Source: Promethearchaeota archaeon
GTDB lineage: Archaea > Asgardarchaeota > Heimdallarchaeia > Hodarchaeales > Hodarchaeaceae
Length of the DNA stretch: 64,000 nt
Reading direction: 5' to 3'
Assembly (NCBI GenBank): GCA_048938105.1
Contig: JBHLMN010000002.1
Span: 288,001 to 352,000, forward strand
Below, in pieces: positions 30,838 through 40,966 of the stretch. The notes under the pieces were generated by a model that saw nothing but the letters and a program-made list of their open reading frames with translations, was not told the origin of the DNA and did no database searches. Positions within the stretch are counted from its first letter, which is position 1, and each line of letters opens with the position of its first letter. A program made the translations under genes and the position numbers.

Positions 30838-31674
30838 ATGGAAATTGATTTACTTTTGAAAGTTGGGGGATCCTGCATTTCCAATAAGACATTATTATAT
30901 AAAGCATTGAAAACGAAATCTCCTGAAGATATTAAGGCAGCTCTTAATATTAATCCAGAAAGAATTGACCAAATAGCTGAGGAAATTGGGAATGCCTATT
31001 TCAGCATGAAAAAGATGATAATATTGACAGGAGTCGGGAGTCCTGGCCATTTTACCGTTTTAAAACATAAATTGCATAAAGGAGATAGTGGGCAGTTTGA
31101 ACAGCACCTAGGTATATTAGAAGCGCAAATTTCCGTAAACCGACTTAGACAATGCATCTTAGAATCCTTTTTAAAGTATAAAATACCCGCATTTCAAGCT
31201 TATGCTTCTAGCATGTATGAATCCAATAAGATGCGAATTATAAGGTCAAATACGGAGAATATAGAGAAGTTCTTAGCTTTAGGATTAGTTCCACTGATTT
31301 CCGGGGATATGGTTCCAGATATGACAATGGGATACAGCGTACTTTCGGGAGATCAGATATTGTCTGATTTAGCCAAAAAATTTTCACCAAGAAAAATAGT
31401 TTACGGGTCAGATGTGGACGGTATTTTTGATTCAGATCCAAAATTGAATCCTAACTCTCAATTAATACCAGAGATATCTCTTGATGAAATAGATTCTATA
31501 ATAGAAGAAATTTCTGGAGAAGATGCGTCGGGACAGATGAGAGGAAAGCTTATGGAGATTAAGATTTTATTAAATACTGGATTTAAAGAAATTATACTTC
31601 TCAATATGACAAAAAAAGGGATTCTTCAACGAGTATTGAATGAGGAAGATGCACCATGTACTCGATTTTATTAA
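30838..31674 (+). CDS. ipk: Isopentenyl phosphate kinase
   Basis: LKVGGSCISNK, GVGSPGH, SGDMVPD, LSGDQI, SDVDGI, DASGQMRGKL. Confidence 0.85.
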   Translation: MEIDLLLKVGGSCISNKTLLYKALKTKSPEDIKAALNINPERIDQIAEEIGNAYFSMKKMIILTGVGSPGHFTVLKHKLHKGDSGQFEQHLGILEAQISVNRLRQCILESFLKYKIPAFQAYASSMYESNKMRIIRSNTENIEKFLALGLVPLISGDMVPDMTMGYSVLSGDQILSDLAKKFSPRKIVYGSDVDGIFDSDPKLNPNSQLIPEISLDEIDSIIEEISGEDASGQMRGKLMEIKILLNTGFKEIILLNMTKKGILQRVLNEEDAPCTRFY

Positions 31675-31707
31675 TATGTAAGATAGAAATGGCTGAAATT
31701 TTCTGAA

Positions 31708-32259
31708 TTATGAGTTATCAATTTTGATTCTCAATATCAATTCAAGAGCTTGTTGTAAATGGTCTGAAACATCGTTTGATAGCACAGGAATCCCCTCGAG
31801 GGTGTTTATGCCCTCAGTGATAATAATTCCAGTTATAAATAAGGGTTTTCGATCATTAAAACGTTTTTTTGTCTCATAATAGTCTTCAGTACCCTTACAA
31901 ACAAAAATTAACGGGATTTCAGGGAATATTGAGGGATAACTTTCACATAATACAACATCAATTTCTAGTGGGAGATATCGAAGGAGAGTATGTAAATCAG
32001 GTCGTTGATCAGTTTTTTGGAACAAGACAGTTTCATGTGGACTAGATGATAAAATGGTAGTTGCCTTAGTTTTTCTTAATATTGCTGAATCTTTATGAGT
32101 AGGATCTAGGTCGAATCTATGACTCATAAATTTAATTATTGCAACTTTAAACCCCTTTTCTTCTAAAATGTCAGTTATGTTTGTTGTTGTCGTCGTCTTA
32201 CCTGTATTTCTACTACCTACTATTCCAACAATATATTTTACCATTTTTCTGAGTTCCAA
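31708..32259 (-). CDS. mobB: Molybdopterin-guanine dinucleotide biosynthesis protein B
   Basis: IVGSRNTGKTT, GFKVAIIK, KDS, DVVLCE. Confidence 0.85.
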   Translation of the reverse strand: MELRKMVKYIVGIVGSRNTGKTTTTTNITDILEEKGFKVAIIKFMSHRFDLDPTHKDSAILRKTKATTILSSSPHETVLFQKTDQRPDLHTLLRYLPLEIDVVLCESYPSIFPEIPLIFVCKGTEDYYETKKRFNDRKPLFITGIIITEGINTLEGIPVLSNDVSDHLQQALELILRIKIDNS

Positions 32260-32286
32260 GCTGTAGGAAAATTATATATCAAAGCT

Positions 32287-32655
32287 TTAGATTACATAAA
32301 TTAGTAGGTAGATTATCACGCCTCCAAATGTAATTAAGCCACCCAACGTACCTCCAAGGATTGCTAATAATGCAGATAGGATCATCCAAACAATTGTATC
32401 CTCTGCATGAGGTTTTTGATGAATAGTGACAATAAGAATGGCAATACCGCAGACAACAGTTAAGACACCCCATAACATATTAACTTCGGAAGGAATGGAA
32501 ATAAAGTTTGGTAATATTGCGTTTATCGGTGTTGTTTGATTAACCAGAGCTACAATTCCCAGAAGGATCATAATCACACCCCCAATGGCTGTAAGAAGTA
32601 CTCCAACTATCATCCCATATCGGTGCCACTTTGATTTATACCTACTTTTTGGCAA
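32287..32655 (-). CDS. Small integral membrane protein (3-4 TM)
   Basis: Hydrophobic segments; GGTLGGLITFGGVI terminal pattern; GAGG RBS before TTG. Confidence 0.7.
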   Translation of the reverse strand: MPKSRYKSKWHRYGMIVGVLLTAIGGVIMILLGIVALVNQTTPINAILPNFISIPSEVNMLWGVLTVVCGIAILIVTIHQKPHAEDTIVWMILSALLAILGGTLGGLITFGGVIIYLLIYVI

Positions 32656-32777
32656 TTCTGTATTCCTCTATTCTCTTACCCTAGATAAGTAAGTTCATGT
32701 TAAGAAAACCAAATTTGCTAATTTCTAATTATTTATAGATAATTTCAAAAGTACTCTAAGATTCTTTCTTTCTCACA

Positions 32778-33224
32778 ATGAATTCTGATACACGAACTTC
32801 TTGGGAAAACTATTTTATGAAGATTGCCCAACAGGTAGCCACGAGATCCACTTGCGATCGAAAACATATTGGTGCGGTGATTGTAAGGGATAAGACGATC
32901 CTCTCAACAGGATATAATGGTTCTATTCGAAATCTACCACATTGTGATGATGTTGGTCATATGATGGAAAATGGGCATTGTGTTCGTACAGTGCATGCAG
33001 AAGCTAATGCTATAGCACAAGCAGCTAAAAATGGAGTTAATGTGAATCAATCCGAGATCTATATAACTGCGTCCCCCTGTTGGACATGTTTTAAGCTATT
33101 AGCTAATGCGGGGATCATTAAAGTTATTTTCGGAGAGTTCTATAAAGACGAGAGGATATTTGAAGCTGCAAAACTTGCTCATATCAAGTTGAAACACCTT
33201 GAAGTAGTAACAGAGGATAAGTAA
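32778..33224 (+). CDS. dCMP deaminase / ComEB family
   Basis: RSTC, TGYNG, HAEANA, PCWTC. Confidence 0.93.
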   Translation: MNSDTRTSWENYFMKIAQQVATRSTCDRKHIGAVIVRDKTILSTGYNGSIRNLPHCDDVGHMMENGHCVRTVHAEANAIAQAAKNGVNVNQSEIYITASPCWTCFKLLANAGIIKVIFGEFYKDERIFEAAKLAHIKLKHLEVVTEDK

Positions 33225-33354
33225 CTAATTTCTGATGTTGGGTGTAAGATTCATTACATCATGTATCTAGTAGATTATGCTCCCACTATAATAAAAAATG
33301 AGAAGAAAGAAAAATCCTAAATCGTGTATTATTTTTTAAACGCTAAACCCAACT

Positions 33355-33726
33355 TTATTGAACGTTATATCTTTGAAAATATTGAGTTCTAACACGTTTT
33401 AACCGTTTTTTTCGTTCTCTGCTTTTCTTAACAACAGTTCTTCTTTTCTGCTTTTTAACCATATTTTTTTTAGATGAATGAGTAGATAAATTACTTGAAT
33501 GTGATCGTTTAGTTTTATTTTTAGGATATTTCTTGTTTTTCTTCTCTATTTGGGTATTTCTCGAGGATTTTGTGATAAGCGGGGCCTTCTTGAGTGAAAC
33601 AGAGGCAAGTTGCCGCTTTTTCTTCTCCATGATCTTTCTTGTTTTTTCTTCTTCTTCCTCGAAATATTTTGTTGCGATATCTATTTCTGTGCGACCCCGT
33701 TTATTTCTTCTTGAATGAATTGTCAA
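33355..33726 (-). CDS. Small, highly basic hypothetical protein
   Basis: Lys/Arg-rich ORF; TTG at 33726 preceded by GGTGA RBS. Confidence 0.6.
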   Translation of the reverse strand: MTIHSRRNKRGRTEIDIATKYFEEEEEKTRKIMEKKKRQLASVSLKKAPLITKSSRNTQIEKKNKKYPKNKTKRSHSSNLSTHSSKKNMVKKQKRRTVVKKSRERKKRLKRVRTQYFQRYNVQ

Positions 33727-33745
33727 TGAAATCACCTGCAATCAA

Positions 33746-33779
33746 TATCGAGACTGCATATATATCCGTTGTCTCGATA
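33746..33779. promoter_or_regulatory. 9-bp inverted repeat flanking a TATA-like element
   Basis: TATCGAGAC-(tgcATATATATccgtt)-GTCTCGATA, about 20-50 nt upstream of the basic-protein start. Confidence 0.45.
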
Positions 33780-34176
33780 GTAGTTCCTTGTACGTCCCTA
33801 ATCAGCTCAGAAGCGTCTCAGAGTCCTTCTACTTTCCTTCCATGTATAAAGTAATGGGAAATCTTGTTATTGTATAACATGGTGAGGTTTATGTTATTGC
33901 TCTATCAACGATTTACGGGTCTGAATAAGTTCATATAAGTTATATTCATTTTTCTAAATACATTTATTGTTTGCTGTTAAACCTAAACTAGTGGTATCTT
34001 ATAAGTTTAGTCATTCATTCAGCGTATCACACATCTTTCTAAATTTGAAAGCTAAAACAATATGGTGATACTTCTTGTACCACCGTGATCTCTAGATTTT
34101 TAAGCTTATCCTTTTAAAAACCGGGATAGAAAATTTTTGAAGCAGAAAAAGTAAGCTATCTTTTGTTGGGTCGTGA

Positions 34177-34905
34177 ATGACTAATTTTAATGTTATTTTT
34201 TTTAATGCTGGAGGGACACTGATTCAATTGAAGAATACTACAATTCCTATCCTTTATTCAGAATTCCTTTCACGGAAAGGTAAACAGGTTTCACCTGAGG
34301 AGGTTTATCAAGCCTTCAGAAAAGCTGAGTCTTGGATACTTTCACGAAAAAGACCAGGAGCACTATTTACTGACTTAGATCAACGAAAATACCAAAATGT
34401 ATTTTACAATCAGCTTGGTATAAGGAAGAGAAACCAAATCAATCAAATAGAGAAGCTTATTGCTGAGAATCTCGAATTAAAGTTCTCTCTTGAAAAAGAT
34501 GCTCTGAGAATTCTTCGTTACTTGAAATCAAGTTACCAGCTTGGAATTATCTCAAACTGGGATGAATCATTAATAGAAATTTTGGATGATCTAGCGATAC
34601 TAGATTATTTTGACTCAATTACTTTTTCTGGGGAAGTTGGTGTAAATAAACCTGATCTTGAGATTTTCAGATCTGCTCTTGAGGAGTTTCCTAATGTTAA
34701 ACCAAAGGAAACAGCTTATATTGGGGATGATTACATAACTGATATTATTCCCGCTCAAAAGTTGAAGATGTTTGCAATTTTGTTCGATAAAGGGCCTTCA
34801 GGAATGCATGGCCGACCTTTTCAAACTGATGTGAAATGTACTATAATCAGAGAATTAGCTGAATTGCCCGAAATTCTAAATAAACACGTTACAGTCCATA
34901 AATAA
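34177..34905 (+). CDS. HAD-IA hydrolase-like protein (motif I Asp replaced by Asn)
   Basis: FFNAGGTL, ISNWD, NKPD, YIGDDYITDI. Confidence 0.85.
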   Translation: MTNFNVIFFNAGGTLIQLKNTTIPILYSEFLSRKGKQVSPEEVYQAFRKAESWILSRKRPGALFTDLDQRKYQNVFYNQLGIRKRNQINQIEKLIAENLELKFSLEKDALRILRYLKSSYQLGIISNWDESLIEILDDLAILDYFDSITFSGEVGVNKPDLEIFRSALEEFPNVKPKETAYIGDDYITDIIPAQKLKMFAILFDKGPSGMHGRPFQTDVKCTIIRELAELPEILNKHVTVHK

Positions 34906-35000
34906 GTAAATTTAATGGAAATGGTTAAAAGGGTAAATACATTTATTTAATAAAACAGTTTTTTTTAGAATAATAAATCCCGTTATTAGAGGGAAAAATT

Positions 35001-37190
35001 ATGTATAGCGATCTATCACCTCAGACACAATCACTAATTCCAGGAAAAACTGGACATCTTTTTTCTGTAATGCGAGTAGCATCCTTTCATCACTCTCCAC
35101 GATTTGCTTCTTGCTCTTTTGATGGAACTGTAAGAATATGGGATGATGATAAACAGGAGAAGGTTCTTTTCTTTTTCTCAGAGGCTATTGAAGGGCTTTC
35201 AATAACTCCTGACGATAAAAACATTATTGTAATTCTTGGAGATTCTTCAAAAGCTTTTCTTTATAATCTACAGAGTGAACAGACGCATGAAATCGGTGGT
35301 GATATTGCATTTCGGAATATTTTCGGAACAAATCCAAGTAGTACCAAAGTTGCTATCGCTACCTTCAATGATGATGTCTATATATATCACCTTACCTCTC
35401 AGAAGTTAGGATCACATATTTTTGTTGAAAATATGTCTGGAAATTCTCTAATCTGGATAAATGATGATATTTTCTGTATTCCCAAGAGAGATGGTAGTGT
35501 TGTATTAATTAGTAGCGAGAAACGGAAGATTAAACAGGAAATTCCAGTACATGATGGGCTGATAACTTCTATTTGTAGAGACGGGGAGAGTATTGTGACT
35601 GTATCCGAAGATAGGACTGGTAAAATCTCGGATTTGGATTTCAATCCACAATTTGGGTTTAAGATCGACTTCACACCCCTTTCAGTAGATTACAGTGCAC
35701 AAGCGGGAATAGTTGTGGTAGCAGGCGAGAGAAAAATGCTTATTGTCAATACAAATACTGGAGAGCTATTAAGTCATGATCATAGTCTATCTGTTTGTAA
35801 TGCTGTTATTACTCTAGATTCCAAAATTATTAAAGGAACTGGAGAGCGAGATATTTTTATTTACTCTACCACAGGAGAAAAAATATCTCAAATTAAGGGT
35901 CATTCCAATACAGCAGAATTTGTTTCCTTTTTGGGAGATAATATGCTTATTTATGCTTCAGGAGACAAACAAGTACATTATTTAAACTATTCAACAGGTC
36001 AAGATCAAACCTTAGCAGAACATAAAGAAACTGTTTCTTCTGTTCTGTACATTCCATCCCAGAATTTTGTAATTGCAGGAGCATATGATGATACAATCAG
36101 CATATGGGATCTTACAAACCACTCAGAGATTAAACGGATCAAAAAAGTTCCATTAGTCACAGGATTAGCATACTCTCCCTCTGAAGATATCTTTGTCGCA
36201 GCGTGTAGTGGAGATTATTCTTTACATGTTTTTACAATAGAGGGTAAAAAACTAACAACTTGGGCTGCTCATGACGATTTCATAAGTTCAGTCTTCTTCA
36301 TGAATGATGAAGTCATTATTTCTGGGAGCGACGATGGATTCATAAAGTTTTGGAAGCGAAATGGAAAATTAATAAGCTCAGTTGAAACTAAATCAGCAAT
36401 AAAATCGATTGGAACAACGTTGGAATTCGATTATAATGTAACTGGTCATGCAAACGGTGATCTAATCTTTTGGGAGAAAATCTCAAATCGTAAAATAACA
36501 AGTCATAAAGCTGGTGCTCTAATCCAACGAATAAACGTCATTAATAATTCTCTCTTACTTTTTGCAGCTCAAAATCGTTTATACCTCATGCAAATGGATG
36601 GACATCATATAACTAATGTCCAAGAAGTATGTAAGCATACTGAACCTATCCGAGGAATATATAGGCAAGAAAAACCAGAGAAAATCATCACTGTAGCCCA
36701 CAGTGCTGAAATTTATGAAACAACTTTTGTTTCGGAAAGTGAGCTGGTTCCTCCTCCAGCTGCAGAAATAATAGAAGAGAAAATAATTAAACCATCTTCG
36801 ACCGTTATTTTCGCCCCAGGAGCAGTGGAAGAGGATTTTGAAGTATTAGAAACAAGGGATATTCCACTGATTGATGTTGAACCAAGACAAGTAGTGTCTG
36901 AGGTACCTGAAGCTATTTTATCAGTTGATGTTAATCATCTAATGAAAATTTCTGAGTATCTAACACAAGTTACCCAGCAAATCAAAGAACTTGTTGTACC
37001 AGAATTAAAATCCTTTAGAATTGACACTAGTGCTTTAGAAAAATCACTTGAAGATGTACAAAAGAATATTAAGAATCGATTAGCAGAATACAGTGAAGAC
37101 GAGAAAGAAATTGAAGAAAAAACTGATGGAACAGTCCCCCGAGAGAAAAAAGACTGGACTAGTATTGATTGGGGAAAACGAAAACATTAA
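35001..37190 (+). CDS. WD40 double beta-propeller protein with acidic linker and C-terminal helical domain
   Basis: GH...SCSFDGTVRIWD, AGAYDDTISIWD and SGSDDGFIKFW repeats over about 575 aa. Confidence 0.9.
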   Translation: MYSDLSPQTQSLIPGKTGHLFSVMRVASFHHSPRFASCSFDGTVRIWDDDKQEKVLFFFSEAIEGLSITPDDKNIIVILGDSSKAFLYNLQSEQTHEIGGDIAFRNIFGTNPSSTKVAIATFNDDVYIYHLTSQKLGSHIFVENMSGNSLIWINDDIFCIPKRDGSVVLISSEKRKIKQEIPVHDGLITSICRDGESIVTVSEDRTGKISDLDFNPQFGFKIDFTPLSVDYSAQAGIVVVAGERKMLIVNTNTGELLSHDHSLSVCNAVITLDSKIIKGTGERDIFIYSTTGEKISQIKGHSNTAEFVSFLGDNMLIYASGDKQVHYLNYSTGQDQTLAEHKETVSSVLYIPSQNFVIAGAYDDTISIWDLTNHSEIKRIKKVPLVTGLAYSPSEDIFVAACSGDYSLHVFTIEGKKLTTWAAHDDFISSVFFMNDEVIISGSDDGFIKFWKRNGKLISSVETKSAIKSIGTTLEFDYNVTGHANGDLIFWEKISNRKITSHKAGALIQRINVINNSLLLFAAQNRLYLMQMDGHHITNVQEVCKHTEPIRGIYRQEKPEKIITVAHSAEIYETTFVSESELVPPPAAEIIEEKIIKPSSTVIFAPGAVEEDFEVLETRDIPLIDVEPRQVVSEVPEAILSVDVNHLMKISEYLTQVTQQIKELVVPELKSFRIDTSALEKSLEDVQKNIKNRLAEYSEDEKEIEEKTDGTVPREKKDWTSIDWGKRKH

Positions 37191-37317
37191 TAGTTCTCTA
37201 AGAGAGAAACAATATCCAAGTTATTTCCTTAGTATGCAAATGCTTTATGAGTATCAATGGAAAATTAAAGATTAAAATCTTCTAAAACGAAAAAGAAAAT
37301 CAATAGGAAGCTTTGAT

Positions 37318-38553
37318 ATGGAAGAGAGTCCAAGCATCTCTGAAGAATTAAATGAGACGACAGCTATTCCACTAGATCAGCCCCCTGAAAGCAAAATGAA
37401 ACGTTTAGGGGAGTATATGAAAGAGACATTGAAAGAAATGTTCCATACCCTTAGACATCCCGAATTTAAATTTGCAATTTCTGGAATAGTCATCACAGTC
37501 GTATTGATCTTGGTTTCGATATGGTTTCTTATTCATAGAGGAGTTGATCCCAATGCAGAACAACCAATAGATCCTATGAACATGAATCTAATCGGTATCC
37601 TAGTAGGAATAGTTGTTGCATTTATGGTAATCTACGTTTGGTTTTTGTTAGGTTTTAAAATCACACCTAAGGCTGGCCACTATTTAGTAGATAATAAAAT
37701 CTTAAAACTGTTCTTTACAAGAGGAGATGTTCATTACCTCGAATATGTTCCTGTAGAGAAAAGGAAAATTGCAATGCCTAATATTTTAAATAAATTCATT
37801 GCTTTAGTTCTCGCTTGGGTGTCTGTTTCGGCGTTCATAATGAACATGTTAGCTGCATTCTTAACCGAGGGAGATCCCTCTAAATTTATTACTCCTGGAG
37901 ATGATATACTTTTCTTTATCTTACAACAAGTCATTTTATTTATATTGGTTCCATTAATTTTTACATTGATTTATCCACTTGCATGGATGTTGATAGACGC
38001 TAAATTGAAAGCTTATAATTCTGCAACTAAACTTAATTGGTTAGTAGGAAAAAAAGTGGGAAATCTGACTGGAGGATTTATCACTATCGGTTCATTATTT
38101 GTTTTGGGAGCCGATGCATTATCAGCTCCTGATATTCAGGTACGAGCTGAATTATTGATTAATCTTGTTTTATTTTGTTTGATAAATATTTCTTTGACAG
38201 TTATTCTTATTTCTCTGTTCTATAACATTTTTTTCTATGGAAAATTTTATCAAAGAATAATCGAGGATGTAGAAGTTGGTTTTGGTGTCACTTCAGTCAC
38301 ATTAGTTGATAAGAGTGGAGAACCACTGCCAGAGGAACCCGAACCTGCACCCGAGCCTGAGGTTATTCCTGAACCAGAGGAACCTGAACCTACACCTGAA
38401 CCTGAAGTTATTCCTGAACCAGAGGAACCTGAACCTACACCTGAACCTGAGGTTATTTCTGAACCAGAGGAACCTGAACCTACACCTGAACCTGAGGTTA
38501 TTCCTGAACCAGAGGAACCCGAACCTAAATCTTTTATATCAGAAGAGGAGTAA
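37318..38553 (+). CDS. Multipass membrane protein with Pro/Glu repeat tail
   Basis: About 6 TM segments; C-terminal PEEPEPTPEPEVIPE repeats. Confidence 0.8.
   Translation: MEESPSISEELNETTAIPLDQPPESKMKRLGEYMKETLKEMFHTLRHPEFKFAISGIVITVVLILVSIWFLIHRGVDPNAEQPIDPMNMNLIGILVGIVVAFMVIYVWFLLGFKITPKAGHYLVDNKILKLFFTRGDVHYLEYVPVEKRKIAMPNILNKFIALVLAWVSVSAFIMNMLAAFLTEGDPSKFITPGDDILFFILQQVILFILVPLIFTLIYPLAWMLIDAKLKAYNSATKLNWLVGKKVGNLTGGFITIGSLFVLGADALSAPDIQVRAELLINLVLFCLINISLTVILISLFYNIFFYGKFYQRIIEDVEVGFGVTSVTLVDKSGEPLPEEPEPAPEPEVIPEPEEPEPTPEPEVIPEPEEPEPTPEPEVISEPEEPEPTPEPEVIPEPEEPEPKSFISEEE
38329..38526 (+). repeat. 45-bp coding tandem repeat, about 4.4 copies
   Basis: Unit CCAGAGGAACCYGAACCTRCACCYGARCCTGARGTTATTYCTGAA starting at 38329, 38374, 38419, 38464 and partially at 38509. 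Confidence 0.95.
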
Positions 38554-38563
38554 AGTATTTACT

Positions 38564-40189
38564 TCATTCTTCCCTTTTTCTAATATGATTTTCCAAACAG
38601 CTTTGAACAAAAGCTTTGAACAGGGGAGCTGGTTGTTCAAAACGTGATAAAAATTCGGGATGAAATTGTGTTCCAATAAAGAATGGGTGATCTGGCAGCT
38701 CTCCAATATGAACAACAGAACCATCAGTAGACATTCCTGAGAATGTAAAACCTTTCGTAGCTATCTGAGAAACATAATCAGGATTGATTTCATATCGGTG
38801 TCGAAAACGCTCTTTTGTCTCATCCTTGCCATATATGGTATGCACTCGAGTTCGTTTTCTAATTTTCACAGGATATAGTCCAAGTCGCATCGTTCCTCCC
38901 TTGCGATAAATTGTACGTTGTGAAGGTAAAAGATCAATCACAGGATAAGGAGTATCTGGATCGAATTCTGTTGAATTAGCATTTTCAAGGCCACAAATAT
39001 TTCTCGCAAACTCAATAACAGCACACTGAAGCCCTAAACAGATTCCTAAGAAAGGTAATTCATTCTCCCGCAGTCTTGTGATCAAGGAAATCTTTCCCTC
39101 GATACCCCGATATCCAAAGCCTCCAGGAATAATAATACCATCACAAGTTTTGATATGGTGATCCAAGTCCTTAGTAGTTATATTTGTTGTTTCAATAAAT
39201 ACTGGATTTACTTTTACACCTAAATGAGCTCCTGCGTGAGTCAGTGCTTTAGCAATTGAGACATAAGCATCTCCGAGTGCTGTGTATTTGCCACCAACAC
39301 CAACAATCACATTTCCAATTGGCTTCTTGATCTTATCTAGAAGATCTCTCCAAATCGAAAGTGAAGGTAATCTTTTAGGGCCCATCTGCAATTTCTTGAA
39401 TACACTTGCTAGAATTTCTTCTTCCAATAATTGAAAGGGGTACTCATAGATTATTTGGACATCGTGTCCACTAATGACATCGGACACAGAAACATTGCAG
39501 AACATGGCAACTTTTTGGCGTACATCTGGATTTAATGGCTTTTCAGAGCGGCAAAGGAGAACATCGGGTTGTATTCCCATCCCTTGTAAGGTTTTAACAC
39601 TTGCCTGAGTTGGTTTTGTTTTTTGTTCTCCCACTACTTTTAGGAACGGAATAAGTGTTACATGAACCCAGCAAACATCTGATTTGTCACAACTTAACGC
39701 CAATTGCCGCAGAGCTTCAATAAAATATGCGTTCTCAATATCTCCAATTGTTCCACCTACTTCAACCAGCGTTATATCAACAACATCGTCTTTCTGGCGT
39801 ATCCACGAAATTATTTCGTTTGTGACATGGGGGATAAACTGAATATCTTGGCCGAGGAACTCTCCTTGCCTTTCTTTTTCAATTATATTTCGGAAGATTT
39901 GGCCCCCGGTTAGAGAAGACCAAGAATCAAGTGAAATATTAAGAAATCTCTCATATGTACCAAGATCCATGTCAGTTTCAGTACCATCATCAAGAACAAA
40001 TACTTCCCCGTGTTTGAAAGGATTTATTGTACCAGCATCTACGTTTAAATATCCATCGAATTTGATCGGACAAACAGAGTAACCAGAACTACTCAGGAGC
40101 TTCGCGAGAGAGGCAGCTAATAGTCCTTTACCTAAACCACTCATTACTCCTCCTGTTACAATAATGTATTTGTTACTTATTCTAATCAC
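38564..40189 (-). CDS. pyrG: CTP synthase
   Basis: VTGGVMSGLGKG, HGEVFV, KTKPTQ, PGGFG, GICLG, RHRYE, QFHPE. Confidence 0.98.
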   Translation of the reverse strand: MIRISNKYIIVTGGVMSGLGKGLLAASLAKLLSSSGYSVCPIKFDGYLNVDAGTINPFKHGEVFVLDDGTETDMDLGTYERFLNISLDSWSSLTGGQIFRNIIEKERQGEFLGQDIQFIPHVTNEIISWIRQKDDVVDITLVEVGGTIGDIENAYFIEALRQLALSCDKSDVCWVHVTLIPFLKVVGEQKTKPTQASVKTLQGMGIQPDVLLCRSEKPLNPDVRQKVAMFCNVSVSDVISGHDVQIIYEYPFQLLEEEILASVFKKLQMGPKRLPSLSIWRDLLDKIKKPIGNVIVGVGGKYTALGDAYVSIAKALTHAGAHLGVKVNPVFIETTNITTKDLDHHIKTCDGIIIPGGFGYRGIEGKISLITRLRENELPFLGICLGLQCAVIEFARNICGLENANSTEFDPDTPYPVIDLLPSQRTIYRKGGTMRLGLYPVKIRKRTRVHTIYGKDETKERFRHRYEINPDYVSQIATKGFTFSGMSTDGSVVHIGELPDHPFFIGTQFHPEFLSRFEQPAPLFKAFVQSCLENHIRKREE

Positions 40190-40387
40190 CCATAGAGCTA
40201 TTTCAATATTCCTACTATTTTAGTTCGTCCTCTAGCTAGTAAATCTAAAGATTTTTGCGAGATACAATTATTTGAATCATCTAAGAAGTCATAGGAATAA
40301 CATATTATAAAGTAATAATAACCTAAAATATCTACTGTTTACATTATCATTTATAGCTTTGAAGTTCCCCTATTTCTAAGGTATGGA

Positions 40388-40930
40388 ATGAAAATGAATC
40401 GAATGAAAGAACTTCATGATCCAACTGTTGCATGGTTTCCAGCTCCAGTTGTCTTGGTCTCCTGTACCAATGAAAAGACAACGAATATAATAACAATTGC
40501 GTGGACAGGTGTTGTATGTTCTCGCCCACCGTTGATTTCTGTGTCCATTCGGCCATCAAGATATAGTCATGAATTAATTTCTGACAGCAGAGAATTCGTT
40601 GTGAATATTCCTACAATAAAGCAATTAGAAGGCGTTAAATTATGTGGAACCAAAACTGGAAGAGATATGAATAAGTGGCATGCGTGCGGATTTACTCCTG
40701 AAAAAGCAATCAAGGTTTCAGTACCACTTATACGCGAGTGTCCTGTTAATGTTGAATGCAAAGTTGTAAAAACTCTTCCTGATATGGGAACACATACAAT
40801 ATTTATTGGGGAGGTGCAGGCAATACATGTTGACCCCCAACTCAATTCAATCTTAGATGTTGCACCGTTATGTTACTCACCTAAATCAGGAATTTTTGGA
40901 AAATCTCTAGCGCTCAGAGAAGAAATTTAA
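40388..40930 (+). CDS. Flavin reductase-like (flavoredoxin) protein
   Basis: PAPVVLVS, NIITIAW, EFVVNIP, ECPVNVEC, GTHTIFIGEV. Confidence 0.9.
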   Translation: MKMNRMKELHDPTVAWFPAPVVLVSCTNEKTTNIITIAWTGVVCSRPPLISVSIRPSRYSHELISDSREFVVNIPTIKQLEGVKLCGTKTGRDMNKWHACGFTPEKAIKVSVPLIRECPVNVECKVVKTLPDMGTHTIFIGEVQAIHVDPQLNSILDVAPLCYSPKSGIFGKSLALREEI

Positions 40931-40966
40931 ACAAGTAAAAGAAATTTCTACAAGAGTATTGGAGAA

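Noticed and set aside
33701-33880. Minus-strand 59-codon frame with a single in-frame TGA (33818-33820), a possible selenoprotein
   Set aside because: No redox motif or recognisable selenoprotein family, no SECIS identified, and it overlaps the promoter and start of the next gene; most likely chance
38329-38526. Regularly spaced repeats as a possible CRISPR array
   Set aside because: Contiguous in-frame coding repeats with no unique spacers and no cas genes
38599-38622. Short direct repeat AGCTTTGAACA x2
   Set aside because: Lies inside the pyrG coding sequence without disrupting it; likely chance
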